The notes: generated from the letters alone by a model not told the origin. 64,000 bases of DNA from an uncultured delta proteobacterium (GCA_963727445.1 CAVSGI010000010.1:864001-928000), one strand, 5' to 3'; shown: positions 1 through 10,509, numbered from the stretch's first letter. Numbers and translations are program-made.

Positions 1-2
1 TG

Positions 3-1658
3 AAGGAGGCCGAGGCGACGGCCAAAGCGCACGACGAGGCCACGCGCGCGCGGTGGCGCTCGCTCGGCGTCGAAGGCGAGGACGCCGAGCAGATGCGCGC
101 CTTTCATGCGCGACACGCCGAGCTCGTGGCGGCCTGGGAGCTCGTGGAGACGGGACGTGCCGAAGAGGCGGCGCTCGCGGCGCGGGTCGAGGAGGTGCGC
201 GCGCGGCTCGCCAAGGCGCTCGGCGGCGGGGCCGAGCGGGACCTTCGGACGCTCGCACGGGCCGCGGAGGCGGCGACCGCCGATGCGCAGGAGCGACGCG
301 TCCGCCGCGAGGCGGATCGTGAGCGCCGCAACCGGCTCTCGAAATCGATCGAGGCGCTCGAGCGAAAGCTGGCGAAGCACCAGGCCGCGCTCGAGGCATG
401 GAAGGACGATTGGAAGCCGCGCACCCTGGCGCTGGGCTTGGGCGAGTCAGCGCTCCCCGCGGAAGCGCGCGAGGTGATCGGCGTACTGGTCCAACTCGAG
501 CGCAAGCTCGACCAGCTCGACGCGCTTCAAGATCGCATCGATAAGATGGGGCGCGACGCGGCGCGCTTCGCGGAGGATCTGGACCGCCTGGTCGCGTCCC
601 ACGCACCGGATCTCGCGGATCGACCCCTCGACGAACGCGCCGCCGGGTTCATCGCCGCCGTGAGCGAGGCACACGCCGTCCGCGACAAGGCCGCAGCGCT
701 CGACGACGAGCTCGGCGAGCGCGGCGAGCGCGTGGCGCAGCTCGAAGCGCAGCGCGCTCGGGCAGAGCAGGAGCTCCATCAGCTCTGCGAAGCTGCAGGC
801 GTGGCCGACCTGGAAGCGCTCCACGAAGCAGAGGCGCGCTCCAGACGCGCGAAGGAGATCGACGCCACCATCGACGCGCTCGAAGCGGATCTCCTGGAGG
901 CCGGCGAAGGTGAGCCCCTGGCCTCACTCCAAGAGCAGACCGAGGGCCTGGACCTGGGGCGTTGCCGGGGACGCAAGGCGGACATCGATCGCGAGATCGA
1001 GGAGCTGATGGACCGGGTGGACGACGCACGCCATGACCTGCGCGAAAAGGAAGGCGGCCTCGCTCGCTTCCGGGAAGACGTCCGCGCCTCGGAGGCAGCG
1101 GAAGAGGCGCAGTCGGTCCTGGCCCGGGTGCAGGAGGAGGCCCATCGCTACGTGCGACTGCGGCTCGCTGCGACCGTACTGCGGGCCGAGATCGCGCGTT
1201 ATCGCGACGAAAACCAGGGCCCGATCCTCGACAAGGCCAACGCGTTCTTCCCGCGTCTGACGCGCGGCGCCTACTCGGCCCTACGCACCGGCATGGGGGA
1301 CGGCGACGAGCCGGTGCTCCGTTGCGTTCGCGCGGACGGAGAGGAGGTCGGGGTGGAGGCGCTCTCGGACGGCACCAAGGACCAGCTCTACCTCGCTCTC
1401 CGGCTCGCCACCCTCCTCGACTTCGCCAACCGAAACGGCCCCCTACCCCTCATCCTCGACGATTGCCTCGTCCACTTCGACGACGACCGCGCGCGCGCTG
1501 CCCTCGAGGTGCTCGGCGAGGTCTCGAAGACTTTCCAGATCCTCTTCTTCACCCACCACGCGCGCCTCCTCGAGCTCGCCCGCGAAGCCGTCCCCGAAGA
1601 CCGCCTCCACGTCCGCGACCTCAACGAAGCCCGCCGCGCCGCCGAAGCGCGCCCCTAG
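3..1658 (+). CDS. YhaN/SbcC-like coiled-coil ATPase, C-terminal part (5' end outside the window)
   Basis: Long coiled coil followed by ABC-type signature LSDGTKDQLYLALRLA, Walker B PLILDD and H-loop FFTHH; the frame is open back to the window edge. Confidence 0.85.
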   Translation, partial: KEAEATAKAHDEATRARWRSLGVEGEDAEQMRAFHARHAELVAAWELVETGRAEEAALAARVEEVRARLAKALGGGAERDLRTLARAAEAATADAQERRVRREADRERRNRLSKSIEALERKLAKHQAALEAWKDDWKPRTLALGLGESALPAEAREVIGVLVQLERKLDQLDALQDRIDKMGRDAARFAEDLDRLVASHAPDLADRPLDERAAGFIAAVSEAHAVRDKAAALDDELGERGERVAQLEAQRARAEQELHQLCEAAGVADLEALHEAEARSRRAKEIDATIDALEADLLEAGEGEPLASLQEQTEGLDLGRCRGRKADIDREIEELMDRVDDARHDLREKEGGLARFREDVRASEAAEEAQSVLARVQEEAHRYVRLRLAATVLRAEIARYRDENQGPILDKANAFFPRLTRGAYSALRTGMGDGDEPVLRCVRADGEEVGVEALSDGTKDQLYLALRLATLLDFANRNGPLPLILDDCLVHFDDDRARAALEVLGEVSKTFQILFFTHHARLLELAREAVPEDRLHVRDLNEARRAAEARP

Positions 1659-1681
1659 ACTAGAGCGAGCTTCGAGCGCCC

Positions 1682-3841
1682 TCAGTACTCGAAGCCGCTG
1701 CCGCCGATGAACTCGCGCAGGATCGAGGTCGGGGGGACGTGGTCCGGGTAGATGCTGATGAAGCGCGAGAGCAGGTTCAACAGGCGGTGGGCCGTGGGGT
1801 ACGCGGGGTCGGGGCGAAGCACTTCGAGGAGATAGCGTTCGGCGAAGACCCGCAGCACGGAGAGCTCGTAGATGAGCGAGGTGTCGAAGACGGCGTCGGC
1901 GAGGTGCTGGTACGGGAAGATGTTGCGGCGCTCGCCGCGCCGGACCGAGGGCCACCAGGCGATGGTCCGGGCCGCGTCGCTGCCGCGATTGTGTCGATCG
2001 CGGACGATGCGGCGCAACAGGCGCAGGTCCGACGCGTGCACGCGCGAGACGCGATCGAGGGGGAGCTGGGCGAGAGGACAGATGAAGATGCGATAGATGC
2101 GGTCGTCGGAGACGCTCTCGAGGAGCCTGGGGTTGAGGCCGTGGATGCCTTCGAGGATCAAGACCTCGTTGTCGAGGAGCCGCAGCTCCTTGCCGCCGTG
2201 CGGCATGGACTTGCCGCGCTTGAAATCGTAATGGGCGGTCTTCACCATCTCGCCCGCGAGCAGCCCCGTCACCTGCTCCGCGAGTAGATCGGCGCGAATG
2301 GCCCCGAAGTCCTCGAAGTCGAGATTGCCCTCTTCGTCGCGCGGCGTGTCCTCGCGGTCGATGTAGTAGTCGTCGAGGCCGAGACCCACCGGCGCCATCC
2401 CGTTGACCTGGAGCTGGACGGTCAGCCGGCGGATGAAGGTGCTCTTTCCGCTCGAAGAGGGCCCGGCGATGCAGATGACCTTCACGCTCTCACCGCGCTC
2501 GTGAATCACGTCTGCGATGGTCGACAGCTGCTTCTCCTGAAAGCCTTCGGAGACGCGGATGAGCTGCGAGACGTCCCCCGTCACGCAGGCCCGGTTGAAG
2601 GCGCCCACGCTGTCGATGCCCAGCGTCGCGAGCCACCGCGCGTGGTGCTCCATCATCCGGCCGGTGTGCTCGGCAGCGATGCGAACCTCGCTGAAGACCT
2701 CTTTCTGTCCGGGCCAAGCGGAGAACGTTCCGGTCTTCGCCGACTCGGAGCCGAAGACGAGCAGGATCCCGGCCTCGTCTGCGATGACGTCGTAGTGCTT
2801 CATCATGGCAGTGGACGGAAGGAAGGGCGCCTGCCTGAGCGCGTGGATCTCGCCGTAGCTCACCAGCCGCACCGCCGGGTCGTAGTGGGTGTCGAGGAGC
2901 TTCGCCGCCGACATCCACCCCTGCTTCTCGAAGAAGGCGACGGCCTCGCCCACCATCCACCACTCCTCGCGAAGCCGTCGGTCCTCGGCTTCGAGCGCCC
3001 GCATCTCCTCGGCGAGGCGGCGCGCGAGCGCGACCGCGTCGATCCCCTCGTTCGAGACCACCTGCACCCGCTGACCGAGACCCACCGAGTGCCCGAGGCG
3101 CACCACCAGGCTCGGATCCACACGGTGCGCAGCCTCCACCAACATCAGCCCGAGGCTCCGCTGATAGATCCGCTGCCCTTCCCAGTGCGCTGTGGTGAGC
3201 GGGACCAGGCTCGCGTTCGACGACAGGCGATGGGTCAGCGACTTGGCCCGTTGGTCGACGAGCGCGCCCACCACGAGCTGGTCGTCGACGCGCCGGGGCA
3301 GCAGCTCCTGCACCACCGTCCCCATCGGTACGTCGTAATCGTTGCTCCCGACGTGAACGGTCAGTGTCGTGCGCCGCGGCAGCGACCGCTCGTCGAGGAG
3401 CACGCTCATGTCCTTGGCGAAGCTCGCGAGACGATCGCTCACGCCGCGCAGGAGCATCCGCTCGACCTGGAGGGCCACCTTGGGCGCGCGCTCGGCGAGC
3501 CCTTCGAGGGCGTCTCGGTCGAGCACGGCCACCTCCACCTCGGTGCGCGCCACCGCCGAGGCCGCGCGCGGCAAGTCGCCCACGAGTCCCATCTCGCCGA
3601 AGTGCTCGCCCTCGCGCAGCGGCCCGATGCTGACCCCGTCGGCTTCGATGTTGGCCTCGCCCGAGAGCAGAAAGAACATCTGGTCCTCGAGCTCGCCCTC
3701 GACGGTGAGCGTCTGGCGCGGCGCGAAACGGCGGCGAACCAGAAACGAAGCGAGGATCGAGCGGTCCTCGGGCTCGAGCGGATCGAGGGCTTCGAAGCGC
3801 AAGAGCTCGTCGGGATCGATCGGGGGTAGCTCGCCGGCCAT
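1682..3841 (-). CDS. cNMP-binding domain fused to ThrRS-N-like and uridine kinase-family domains
   Basis: N-terminal GEHFGEMGL..DLPRAASA cNMP-binding cassette; P-loop GPSSSGKST; LDDYY, LEGIHGLN, RLLRRIVRD and SILREFIGGS motifs of the long nucleoside kinase family. Confidence 0.85.
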   Translation of the reverse strand: MAGELPPIDPDELLRFEALDPLEPEDRSILASFLVRRRFAPRQTLTVEGELEDQMFFLLSGEANIEADGVSIGPLREGEHFGEMGLVGDLPRAASAVARTEVEVAVLDRDALEGLAERAPKVALQVERMLLRGVSDRLASFAKDMSVLLDERSLPRRTTLTVHVGSNDYDVPMGTVVQELLPRRVDDQLVVGALVDQRAKSLTHRLSSNASLVPLTTAHWEGQRIYQRSLGLMLVEAAHRVDPSLVVRLGHSVGLGQRVQVVSNEGIDAVALARRLAEEMRALEAEDRRLREEWWMVGEAVAFFEKQGWMSAAKLLDTHYDPAVRLVSYGEIHALRQAPFLPSTAMMKHYDVIADEAGILLVFGSESAKTGTFSAWPGQKEVFSEVRIAAEHTGRMMEHHARWLATLGIDSVGAFNRACVTGDVSQLIRVSEGFQEKQLSTIADVIHERGESVKVICIAGPSSSGKSTFIRRLTVQLQVNGMAPVGLGLDDYYIDREDTPRDEEGNLDFEDFGAIRADLLAEQVTGLLAGEMVKTAHYDFKRGKSMPHGGKELRLLDNEVLILEGIHGLNPRLLESVSDDRIYRIFICPLAQLPLDRVSRVHASDLRLLRRIVRDRHNRGSDAARTIAWWPSVRRGERRNIFPYQHLADAVFDTSLIYELSVLRVFAERYLLEVLRPDPAYPTAHRLLNLLSRFISIYPDHVPPTSILREFIGGSGFEY

Positions 3842-3886
3842 CGAGGCCTGTTTAGACCACGAAGCGCCGTCCTCAGCAATCGGTGC

Positions 3887-5458
3887 TCATTGGACCGAGA
3901 TCGAGCGCCCGCGCATCAGCGAGCCCGTGGTGCCCGCGCCTTCGAAGCCGACCCGGACGGTGAGCAGGCCGCTGCCCTTGGCGGCGACGTTGCCGCGGAT
4001 CACCACCGTGTGGAACATGTCGGCCGGGGCTGCGGCGAAGCGCTCGCGTGCCTTCTTCACGTCGGGAAGCACGGCGCCGGCTTCGATCTGGTAGTCCGGC
4101 AGGCTGACCCGTCGCTTGCCGCTGAAGTCGCCTTCGTCGACGGAGAGGCCGGCGACCTCTACCGCTCGAGGAGCGATGATCCCCCGATCGACGGCGTCCC
4201 CACCGACCTCGATGAAGAGGCCCCTGGCGCCCCCGCCGATGCTCACCACGGGAACGCGGATCTCGAAGGGCGAGCCGTCGTCGAAGCTCCAATCGGGCGT
4301 CTTGCGGGTGGGATCGAGGCTCAGCTGCGCCGGCCCCCGCACACGCTCGACGGGCTTCGGCGGCCGAGATGCGATCGCTTCCTCCACCTCGAGAGGCGGC
4401 TCGCTGATCGGTGCGTCGTCGGGCTGCTCGAGCCGCCACGACCGACCCGCCCCGAGCTCGCCTTCGAAGCCGACCCACTGATGGCCGAGTCCCAGCGCGA
4501 TGGCGTGCCCTCCGTCGCTCCGCTCGGCCACCCAGAGCGAGGCGTCTCCGGTCGCGTCTTCGCCCGCGAAGCGATGAGCGGCCGCATCGTCGAGGGACGC
4601 GGCGTCGGCCACCCGCAGCTCCTTTTCGCCGAGCATCGCGTAGACGAGATCGCCCGAGTCGGTCACGCGCCCCGGGCCGAGCCCCGGGCGCTCCACCCAT
4701 ACGATGGGACGGCCGCGCTCGTCGAAGCGCACGATCGCGCCCTCGCGCCCTTCGACGCACAGCCCCACCACGACGCCGTGCTCGGTGCACGATGCCCAGC
4801 ATCGGCTGCCGGCCGACGCGGGAACGCGCAGCACCGACTCGAAGCTCCGCCCCCCGGGCCGCACGACGCCGATGGTGCCGCTCGACGAATCCGAAAGCGC
4901 GATGCCGAAACGATTCGCATCGAGGCGCACGTCGGCAGCCTCGGTGGAGCAACGCGCACGGCTCCAGGGTGGGTTCGCGCCGTCCCTCCAGATCACCGCC
5001 GGCCACTCGACGCGCGTCGGGCGCGCCGGGTCGAGATCGACCGCCCACTTCGCCCGCCTGCCGGTGGGCAGGGCGCCGATCCCGAGCCGCGCGACGTCGC
5101 GTCCTTTGAGCCGCGCGACGTGCACCGCGGCGAAGCGGTCCTCACCCAGGGCGACCGCTTCCAGGAGGCGGCGCGGAAGCGTCTCGGGCGCGCTTCCATC
5201 GAGCGACGCGAGCACGGGCTCGCCCTGGCCCCCCGCGAAGAGCGCGCGTTCGGCGCCGGGGGTCACGGCGAGAAGGGTTCGGGGCGCCCAGCGATAGCCG
5301 TTCCGACTGGGCGAAGGCGGCGCCATGCCCAGCTGCTCCTCGCCGACGATCCGGCGAGCCCCCCGTGCATCGTGAACGCTCAGGCCTCGCGCCCCGAGCA
5401 CCACCGTCGTCTCACCATCGGTCCAAACGTTCATGTAAAGCCCAGCCTCGCGAGGCAT
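3887..5458 (-). CDS. hypothetical protein, beta-rich (possibly a propeller plus an Ig-like C-terminus)
   Basis: 523-aa ORF with protein-like composition and a 3' end close to the kinase start; start uncertain (5458 or about 5434). Confidence 0.6.
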   Translation of the reverse strand: MPREAGLYMNVWTDGETTVVLGARGLSVHDARGARRIVGEEQLGMAPPSPSRNGYRWAPRTLLAVTPGAERALFAGGQGEPVLASLDGSAPETLPRRLLEAVALGEDRFAAVHVARLKGRDVARLGIGALPTGRRAKWAVDLDPARPTRVEWPAVIWRDGANPPWSRARCSTEAADVRLDANRFGIALSDSSSGTIGVVRPGGRSFESVLRVPASAGSRCWASCTEHGVVVGLCVEGREGAIVRFDERGRPIVWVERPGLGPGRVTDSGDLVYAMLGEKELRVADAASLDDAAAHRFAGEDATGDASLWVAERSDGGHAIALGLGHQWVGFEGELGAGRSWRLEQPDDAPISEPPLEVEEAIASRPPKPVERVRGPAQLSLDPTRKTPDWSFDDGSPFEIRVPVVSIGGGARGLFIEVGGDAVDRGIIAPRAVEVAGLSVDEGDFSGKRRVSLPDYQIEAGAVLPDVKKARERFAAAPADMFHTVVIRGNVAAKGSGLLTVRVGFEGAGTTGSLMRGRSISVQ

Positions 5459-5559
5459 CCGAGCCCAGCGATCAACTGGCCTCTACTACGCCCCCTGCGC
5501 CGATCCCCTTCCCAGAGGTCGCCGAAAACCTTGTGCACTCGCGGTGTTTCGGCGAAACC

Positions 5560-6909
5560 GTGGATGTGGGAGAAGAGCGCACAGCGGAGGGGGGGGCTGG
5601 GGCGGAGGTGGACCGGCGCCTCGGGCTTCCCACCGCGATGCTCCTGGTGGTCGCCTCCATGGTGGGGACCGGCGTCTTCACCACCACCGGCTTTCTGCTC
5701 CGCGACATCGGCTCCATCTACGCGGTGCTGACGAGCTGGGCCGTGGGCGGCGCCGTCGCCCTCTTCGGCGCCCTCGCCTACGCGGAGTTGGTCGCCGCGC
5801 TCCCCCACAACGGCGGCGAGTACCAGCTCCTGTCGCGGATCTATCACCCAGGCGTGGGATTCGCTGCGGGCTTCACCTCGCTGGTGGTGGGTTTCTCCGC
5901 GCCCACCGCGGCGTCGGCCATCGCCTTCGCCGAGTATGCGGACCTCGCCCTCGGAGGCGACGTGCTCCCCGCACTCCCGGTCGCCGTCGCCCTGATCGTC
6001 GGCACCTCGGCGGTGCACGCCTTCGAGGTCGGCGTGGGCGGCCGCTTTCAGAATGCCTTCACCGCAGGAAAGATCCTCCTCGTCTGCCTCTTCATCGGCT
6101 TCGGCCTCGCGAACGGCGATCTCAGCCGCCTCAACGCGCCGACCGAGCATGCATTCGGTCCAGCGCTGCTCTCCCCCGCCTTCGCGGTCGGATTGATCTA
6201 CGTCTCCTTCTCCTACAGCGGCTGGAACGCCGCCGCCTACGTCGCCGGCGAGGTGCGGGATCCAAAGCGCAACCTCCCCCGCGCGCTGATGCTCGGCACC
6301 GGAGTCGTCACCGCGCTCTACCTCTTCCTCAATCTGGTCTTCATCGGTGCCGCGGACGTCCCGACTCTGATCGGCGCCGAGGAGAGGGTCGGCGCCGTCG
6401 CCGCGATCCAGCTCTTCGGTCAGAGCGCGGGACGCGCCCTCGCCGGGATCATCGCCATCGGCCTGGTCTCGACGGTCGGCGCGCTGGTGATGACCGGGCC
6501 CCGCGTCTACGAGGCGATGGGCCGCGACTATCCGACCATCGCGCTGCTCTCGCGGAGGCGTGTGGGCGGCGGACCGATCCTGGCGATCGGGCTCCAGGCG
6601 GTGATCAGCATCGCCATGGTGCTGACCGCCAGCTTCGACGAGCTGCTCACCTACATCGGCTTCACGCTCTCGTTCTTCGCGGCGCTCACGGTGATCGGGG
6701 TGTTCGTCCTCCGGCGTCGTGAGCCGGAGCTCGAGCGCCCCTACCGCACCTGGGGTCACCCCTTCACCTCGATCGGCTTCGTCCTACTCTCGTCTTGGAT
6801 GGTGGTCTTCGCCGTCGTCGAACGGCCGCAGATCTCGCTCGCCGGGGCGGGGACCATCGTGGGCGGCATGATCGTCTGGTGGGTGCTGCAAAAGCGCCGT
6901 TCGCGATAG
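5560..6909 (+). CDS. APC-family amino acid permease
   Basis: MVGTGVFTT TM1 motif, GGEY, YSGWN..AGEV and RPYR motifs, about 12 hydrophobic segments; GTG start is approximate. Confidence 0.9.
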   Translation: MDVGEERTAEGGAGAEVDRRLGLPTAMLLVVASMVGTGVFTTTGFLLRDIGSIYAVLTSWAVGGAVALFGALAYAELVAALPHNGGEYQLLSRIYHPGVGFAAGFTSLVVGFSAPTAASAIAFAEYADLALGGDVLPALPVAVALIVGTSAVHAFEVGVGGRFQNAFTAGKILLVCLFIGFGLANGDLSRLNAPTEHAFGPALLSPAFAVGLIYVSFSYSGWNAAAYVAGEVRDPKRNLPRALMLGTGVVTALYLFLNLVFIGAADVPTLIGAEERVGAVAAIQLFGQSAGRALAGIIAIGLVSTVGALVMTGPRVYEAMGRDYPTIALLSRRRVGGGPILAIGLQAVISIAMVLTASFDELLTYIGFTLSFFAALTVIGVFVLRRREPELERPYRTWGHPFTSIGFVLLSSWMVVFAVVERPQISLAGAGTIVGGMIVWWVLQKRRSR

Positions 6910-6921
6910 AGTTCGCCGCAC

Positions 6922-8694
6922 ATGAGCCAGCCTCCCAAAAGGCGCCACGCCCTCGGCCCGATCCTCGGCGTCCTCGTGCTCCTGGGGATCGCGGGGGGGA
7001 CCATCTACTGGCTGACGAGCGGCGGCACCACCGCCCCCGAGCGCATCTTCGTCTCCGTCACGAGCGACCACCCCGCCTTCGCGCGCGCTCTGCGCCAGCG
7101 CCTCGGGCGCCAGCTCGCGAGCAGAGGATTCGTGGTCGCGAGCGAGGAGGAAGGCGCCAACGATCAGACCGACCTGAGTTGGGACGACGCGCTCGCCGCC
7201 GCGGCCGCTGCCGGTGCGCACTACCTGGTGCACGTCGGAGTCCACCTCGATTCGGAGCGCCCCGGATTGACCGAGGGAACCACCTTCGCGGTGGCGACCG
7301 GCGAGATGCGCGTCGGCCCCGTCGATGCCGCCGAAGCCGCCGAAGCGGAGCCGGCCGAGACGCGCTCCCTCACCTTCGGCTCCGAGGGTCGCGGCGACGT
7401 CGACGAAGCGCTGATGGAGCTGGCCGGCGCGTTCGCCGTGCCCATGGGCCACTGGGCGGCGGGCGACCTCCTGAGCATGCCCGCCATGGTCGATCTCCTC
7501 GAACACCCCGAGCGCATCGCCGACGCCGAGCGCCGGGAAACGCTCAGCGGTGCACTCGACAAGAAGGCCGGTCAGCAGCGCAGTCAGACCCGCTACGACG
7601 AGCTCTGCGTCGAGGCGGTGGTGCAGGCCACGCTCGACGACGAGCTGGGGCCGGTGCCGGTGCAATGCCTCGACATCGACTGCGGTGAACGATACCTCTT
7701 CGCCCTCTCCCGCGACGGAACGCAGGCCTTGGTGCACATCGAATCGCCCACCATCTTCGTTCCCTTCGCCAACTCGCCCGCGCCGCAGACGGCGGAGACC
7801 CTCGAGCGCCTCGAGCTGATCCCCTTCGACGAAGACGGCGAACGGAAGACGCTCGCGGTCGCGGAGAGCTTCTACGGCGACGGAAGCATGAGCGCCGACG
7901 GATCGCGGGTCGCCTTCGTCGAGCAGGCCCGGCAGCGCTTCGGCGTGGTCGGCCTCGAGGTCGAGAGCGGCGAGCGCCACGTCCTCGCGATGGTGGAGCG
8001 GCCGGGCGTCGTCGTGCGCGCAGTCATCTCGCCGGACGGTCGGTGGGTGGCGATCGAACAAAAGGCTTTCCATCAGGCGCACACCGAGCTTCACGTCGTG
8101 CCCTTCGAGGGTGGCGAAGAGGTGGTGATCTCGCGGCGGACGCGAATGGCTCGATGGGTGGTGGCGCCGCTGTCGCCGGGGGAAGAGCCGCGCCAGCTCC
8201 TCGCCTTCGACGGGACGCCGACCTACGACGGCTCACCCTTGCCCGCGCTCGTCGATCCCGCGTCGCCCGAGGACGTTGTCACGCTCGACGTCGGGGACTA
8301 CGTCGTGCGCCAGGTGATCGGCGCAAACGAGGGGCGGCTGGTGCTCCTCGGCTCACCTTCCGAAAACGTCGACCGGTGCGCCCTCGGCGTGCGCGATCCG
8401 GCGAGCGGCAGCTTCGAGTGGCGCGAGATCGCGACCTGCATCGGCGAGGCGACGATGACGGAGAGCTTCGAGGTGGTGGGAACGGCCATCGTGACTCGGG
8501 AGGGCGACCTGGGGCCCGAGGACGCCGAGGTCATGATCATGAACCTCGACACCGGTGATACCAGCATCCACACCGTCGACCGGGTGAACGAGACCCACGC
8601 CCTCGCGGCCGGTCGCCACATCGCCTTCGACCGGCCGATCCCCTCGCAGTTCCCCGCGGTGCACCCGCACGCGGTGTGCTGGACGACCCGCTGA
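6922..8694 (+). CDS. membrane-anchored periplasmic protein with TolB-like beta-propeller repeats
   Basis: N-terminal TM anchor; repeats LSRDGTQAL, MSADGSRVAF and ISPDGRWVA. Confidence 0.7.
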   Translation: MSQPPKRRHALGPILGVLVLLGIAGGTIYWLTSGGTTAPERIFVSVTSDHPAFARALRQRLGRQLASRGFVVASEEEGANDQTDLSWDDALAAAAAAGAHYLVHVGVHLDSERPGLTEGTTFAVATGEMRVGPVDAAEAAEAEPAETRSLTFGSEGRGDVDEALMELAGAFAVPMGHWAAGDLLSMPAMVDLLEHPERIADAERRETLSGALDKKAGQQRSQTRYDELCVEAVVQATLDDELGPVPVQCLDIDCGERYLFALSRDGTQALVHIESPTIFVPFANSPAPQTAETLERLELIPFDEDGERKTLAVAESFYGDGSMSADGSRVAFVEQARQRFGVVGLEVESGERHVLAMVERPGVVVRAVISPDGRWVAIEQKAFHQAHTELHVVPFEGGEEVVISRRTRMARWVVAPLSPGEEPRQLLAFDGTPTYDGSPLPALVDPASPEDVVTLDVGDYVVRQVIGANEGRLVLLGSPSENVDRCALGVRDPASGSFEWREIATCIGEATMTESFEVVGTAIVTREGDLGPEDAEVMIMNLDTGDTSIHTVDRVNETHALAAGRHIAFDRPIPSQFPAVHPHAVCWTTR

Positions 8695-8700
8695 GCTGAC

Positions 8701-10473
8701 TCAGCCGCCGTTCGGCTGGCCCATGCGCAGCGGCCCACCTCGCGCCGTGGCCCACGGAGTGCACGCGGTGCCCGAGCCGGGAACGGTGAAGACGTCCATC
8801 GCGTGGTCGAAGGTCTGGACGAAGATCTCCAGTTGCCCGTCACCGTCGAGGTCGTAGATCGCCGGCGCAGCGGGAGCGCCGTTGCCGTTACCGTTCATGC
8901 CCGGGTCGGGGAGCGGGACGTCGTGGAGAAGCGACCCGTCGGCGCCCAGGATCATCAGGTAGCCCGCTTGGGCATCGGGATCGCCGAAGGTGGTGAAGAC
9001 CAGCTCGGGCGAGCCGTCCTGGTTCAGGTCGGCGGCGACCACCTCCGAGGCGTACATGATCGTCTGTCCGTGGGTGTAGTCGTAGCGCCAGAGCTGACTC
9101 GCGCTCGCGTCGAAGGCGTACAAGAAGCCGTCGTTCAGCGAGACGACGACCTCCGGCGCTTCGTCGCCCTGGATGTCGAGGGTGAGGGCCGCGGGGACGC
9201 CGCCCGGCGGATAGTAGCCGTCGACCTGGATCGGATACTCGCCCCGCGGCATCGTCTCCCAACCCGACAGGCGCATGGCCGAGCGGCTCCCGTCGCCGTA
9301 GGCCCCCTCGAGGACCAGGATCCCGTAGGCCTGGGTCTCGTAGGGCTCGTTCATCTCGATGTTCGGGACGCCGAGGACTTCGTTCTTCCCGTCGCCGTTC
9401 ATGTCGACCACGTTCGGCGGAGACGCCGTCCACTGGAGCCACTCGTCGGTGGTGGGGCTGGGCCACTCACCTTCGTGCAAATGGTAGTGCGCCTCCTCCA
9501 CCGCCGGGTCGGCCCAGCGGATGAACTGGCCCCAGGTCATGGGCATCCCGTCCCACTCGGTCTGACGGTTCGTGAAGTAGGGCGCCGCATCGATCGCTTC
9601 GCCGTTCTTGTCGAATGCCTGGATGTGGTGGTTGTCGTAGGTGACGAGGATCTCGAGGTCGCTGTCGTCGTCGATGTCCCCGAGGCCCACGTTGAGCCCA
9701 TAGCAGCCGAAGCCGTTGTGGCCCTGCCCGTTTCGGTCGAGGTCGCCGCCTTCGCCGGTGCGATCGTTGTAGCGGGGCCACGCGGGGAACGCCGCGTCCG
9801 CCGGCTGGTAGAGCGCGCCGTTGACCGAGTAGACGAAGACCTGTGCGCCCCCGTCTTCCGTGCGCTCGGTCTGCGTGGTGGTGGCGACGATCTCGAGCAG
9901 GCCGTCGTTGTCGAGGTCGCCCGCAGCGAGTCCGCGCACCTCGGGCTCGTTCCCGGCGGTGGTGGTGTCCTGAGGCCATCCGTCCTTCGGCGAGAGCTCA
10001 CCGTCCTGCCACTCCAGCGCCCAGACCTCCTTGCCGCGTCCGTACACCACCTCCACGACACCATCGCCCTCGAGGTCGGCGACGACGTGAGGTGCGTAGA
10101 TGCGTCCGTCACCGAAGGACGCCTGCTGCAGGAGCGAGCCCGCGTCGTCGAAGACGAAGACGTCGTAGTACGCGGCGATGAGCTCGTTCACTCCGTCTGA
10201 ATCGAGGTCGGCTACGACCGGTGAGGCGAACCAGCTCGTCTGGCCCTCGAGGTTCATGACGTGCTCCGGTGCGGCGACCTCGCCCGGGCTGGTGCCGGCC
10301 TCGCACACCGGGTTGCGCGTCCCGCCGGTGGTCGAGCCGCCATCGGGCCGCGGCGGCGGCGGCCCGGAGTCCCGCATCGTCGTGCCGGTGTCCATGCCTC
10401 CGCCGCCCCCGTCGTCGCCGCAACCGAACGAGAGAAGCAGAGGGAGGAGCGCGAAGAGGGCCATGGGACGCAT
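8701..10473 (-). CDS. FG-GAP/VCBS-repeat lipoprotein
   Basis: Lipobox LSFGC; multiple DxxxDG repeats (ADLDSDG, DLEGDG, GDLDNDG, DMNGDG, DLNQDG, DLDGDG); start trimmed to the MRPMAL ATG. Confidence 0.85.
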   Translation of the reverse strand: MRPMALFALLPLLLSFGCGDDGGGGGMDTGTTMRDSGPPPPRPDGGSTTGGTRNPVCEAGTSPGEVAAPEHVMNLEGQTSWFASPVVADLDSDGVNELIAAYYDVFVFDDAGSLLQQASFGDGRIYAPHVVADLEGDGVVEVVYGRGKEVWALEWQDGELSPKDGWPQDTTTAGNEPEVRGLAAGDLDNDGLLEIVATTTQTERTEDGGAQVFVYSVNGALYQPADAAFPAWPRYNDRTGEGGDLDRNGQGHNGFGCYGLNVGLGDIDDDSDLEILVTYDNHHIQAFDKNGEAIDAAPYFTNRQTEWDGMPMTWGQFIRWADPAVEEAHYHLHEGEWPSPTTDEWLQWTASPPNVVDMNGDGKNEVLGVPNIEMNEPYETQAYGILVLEGAYGDGSRSAMRLSGWETMPRGEYPIQVDGYYPPGGVPAALTLDIQGDEAPEVVVSLNDGFLYAFDASASQLWRYDYTHGQTIMYASEVVAADLNQDGSPELVFTTFGDPDAQAGYLMILGADGSLLHDVPLPDPGMNGNGNGAPAAPAIYDLDGDGQLEIFVQTFDHAMDVFTVPGSGTACTPWATARGGPLRMGQPNGG

Positions 10474-10509
10474 GACGAAAGGATACCGCGGAAGGGCTAT
10501 GCTTCGCCC

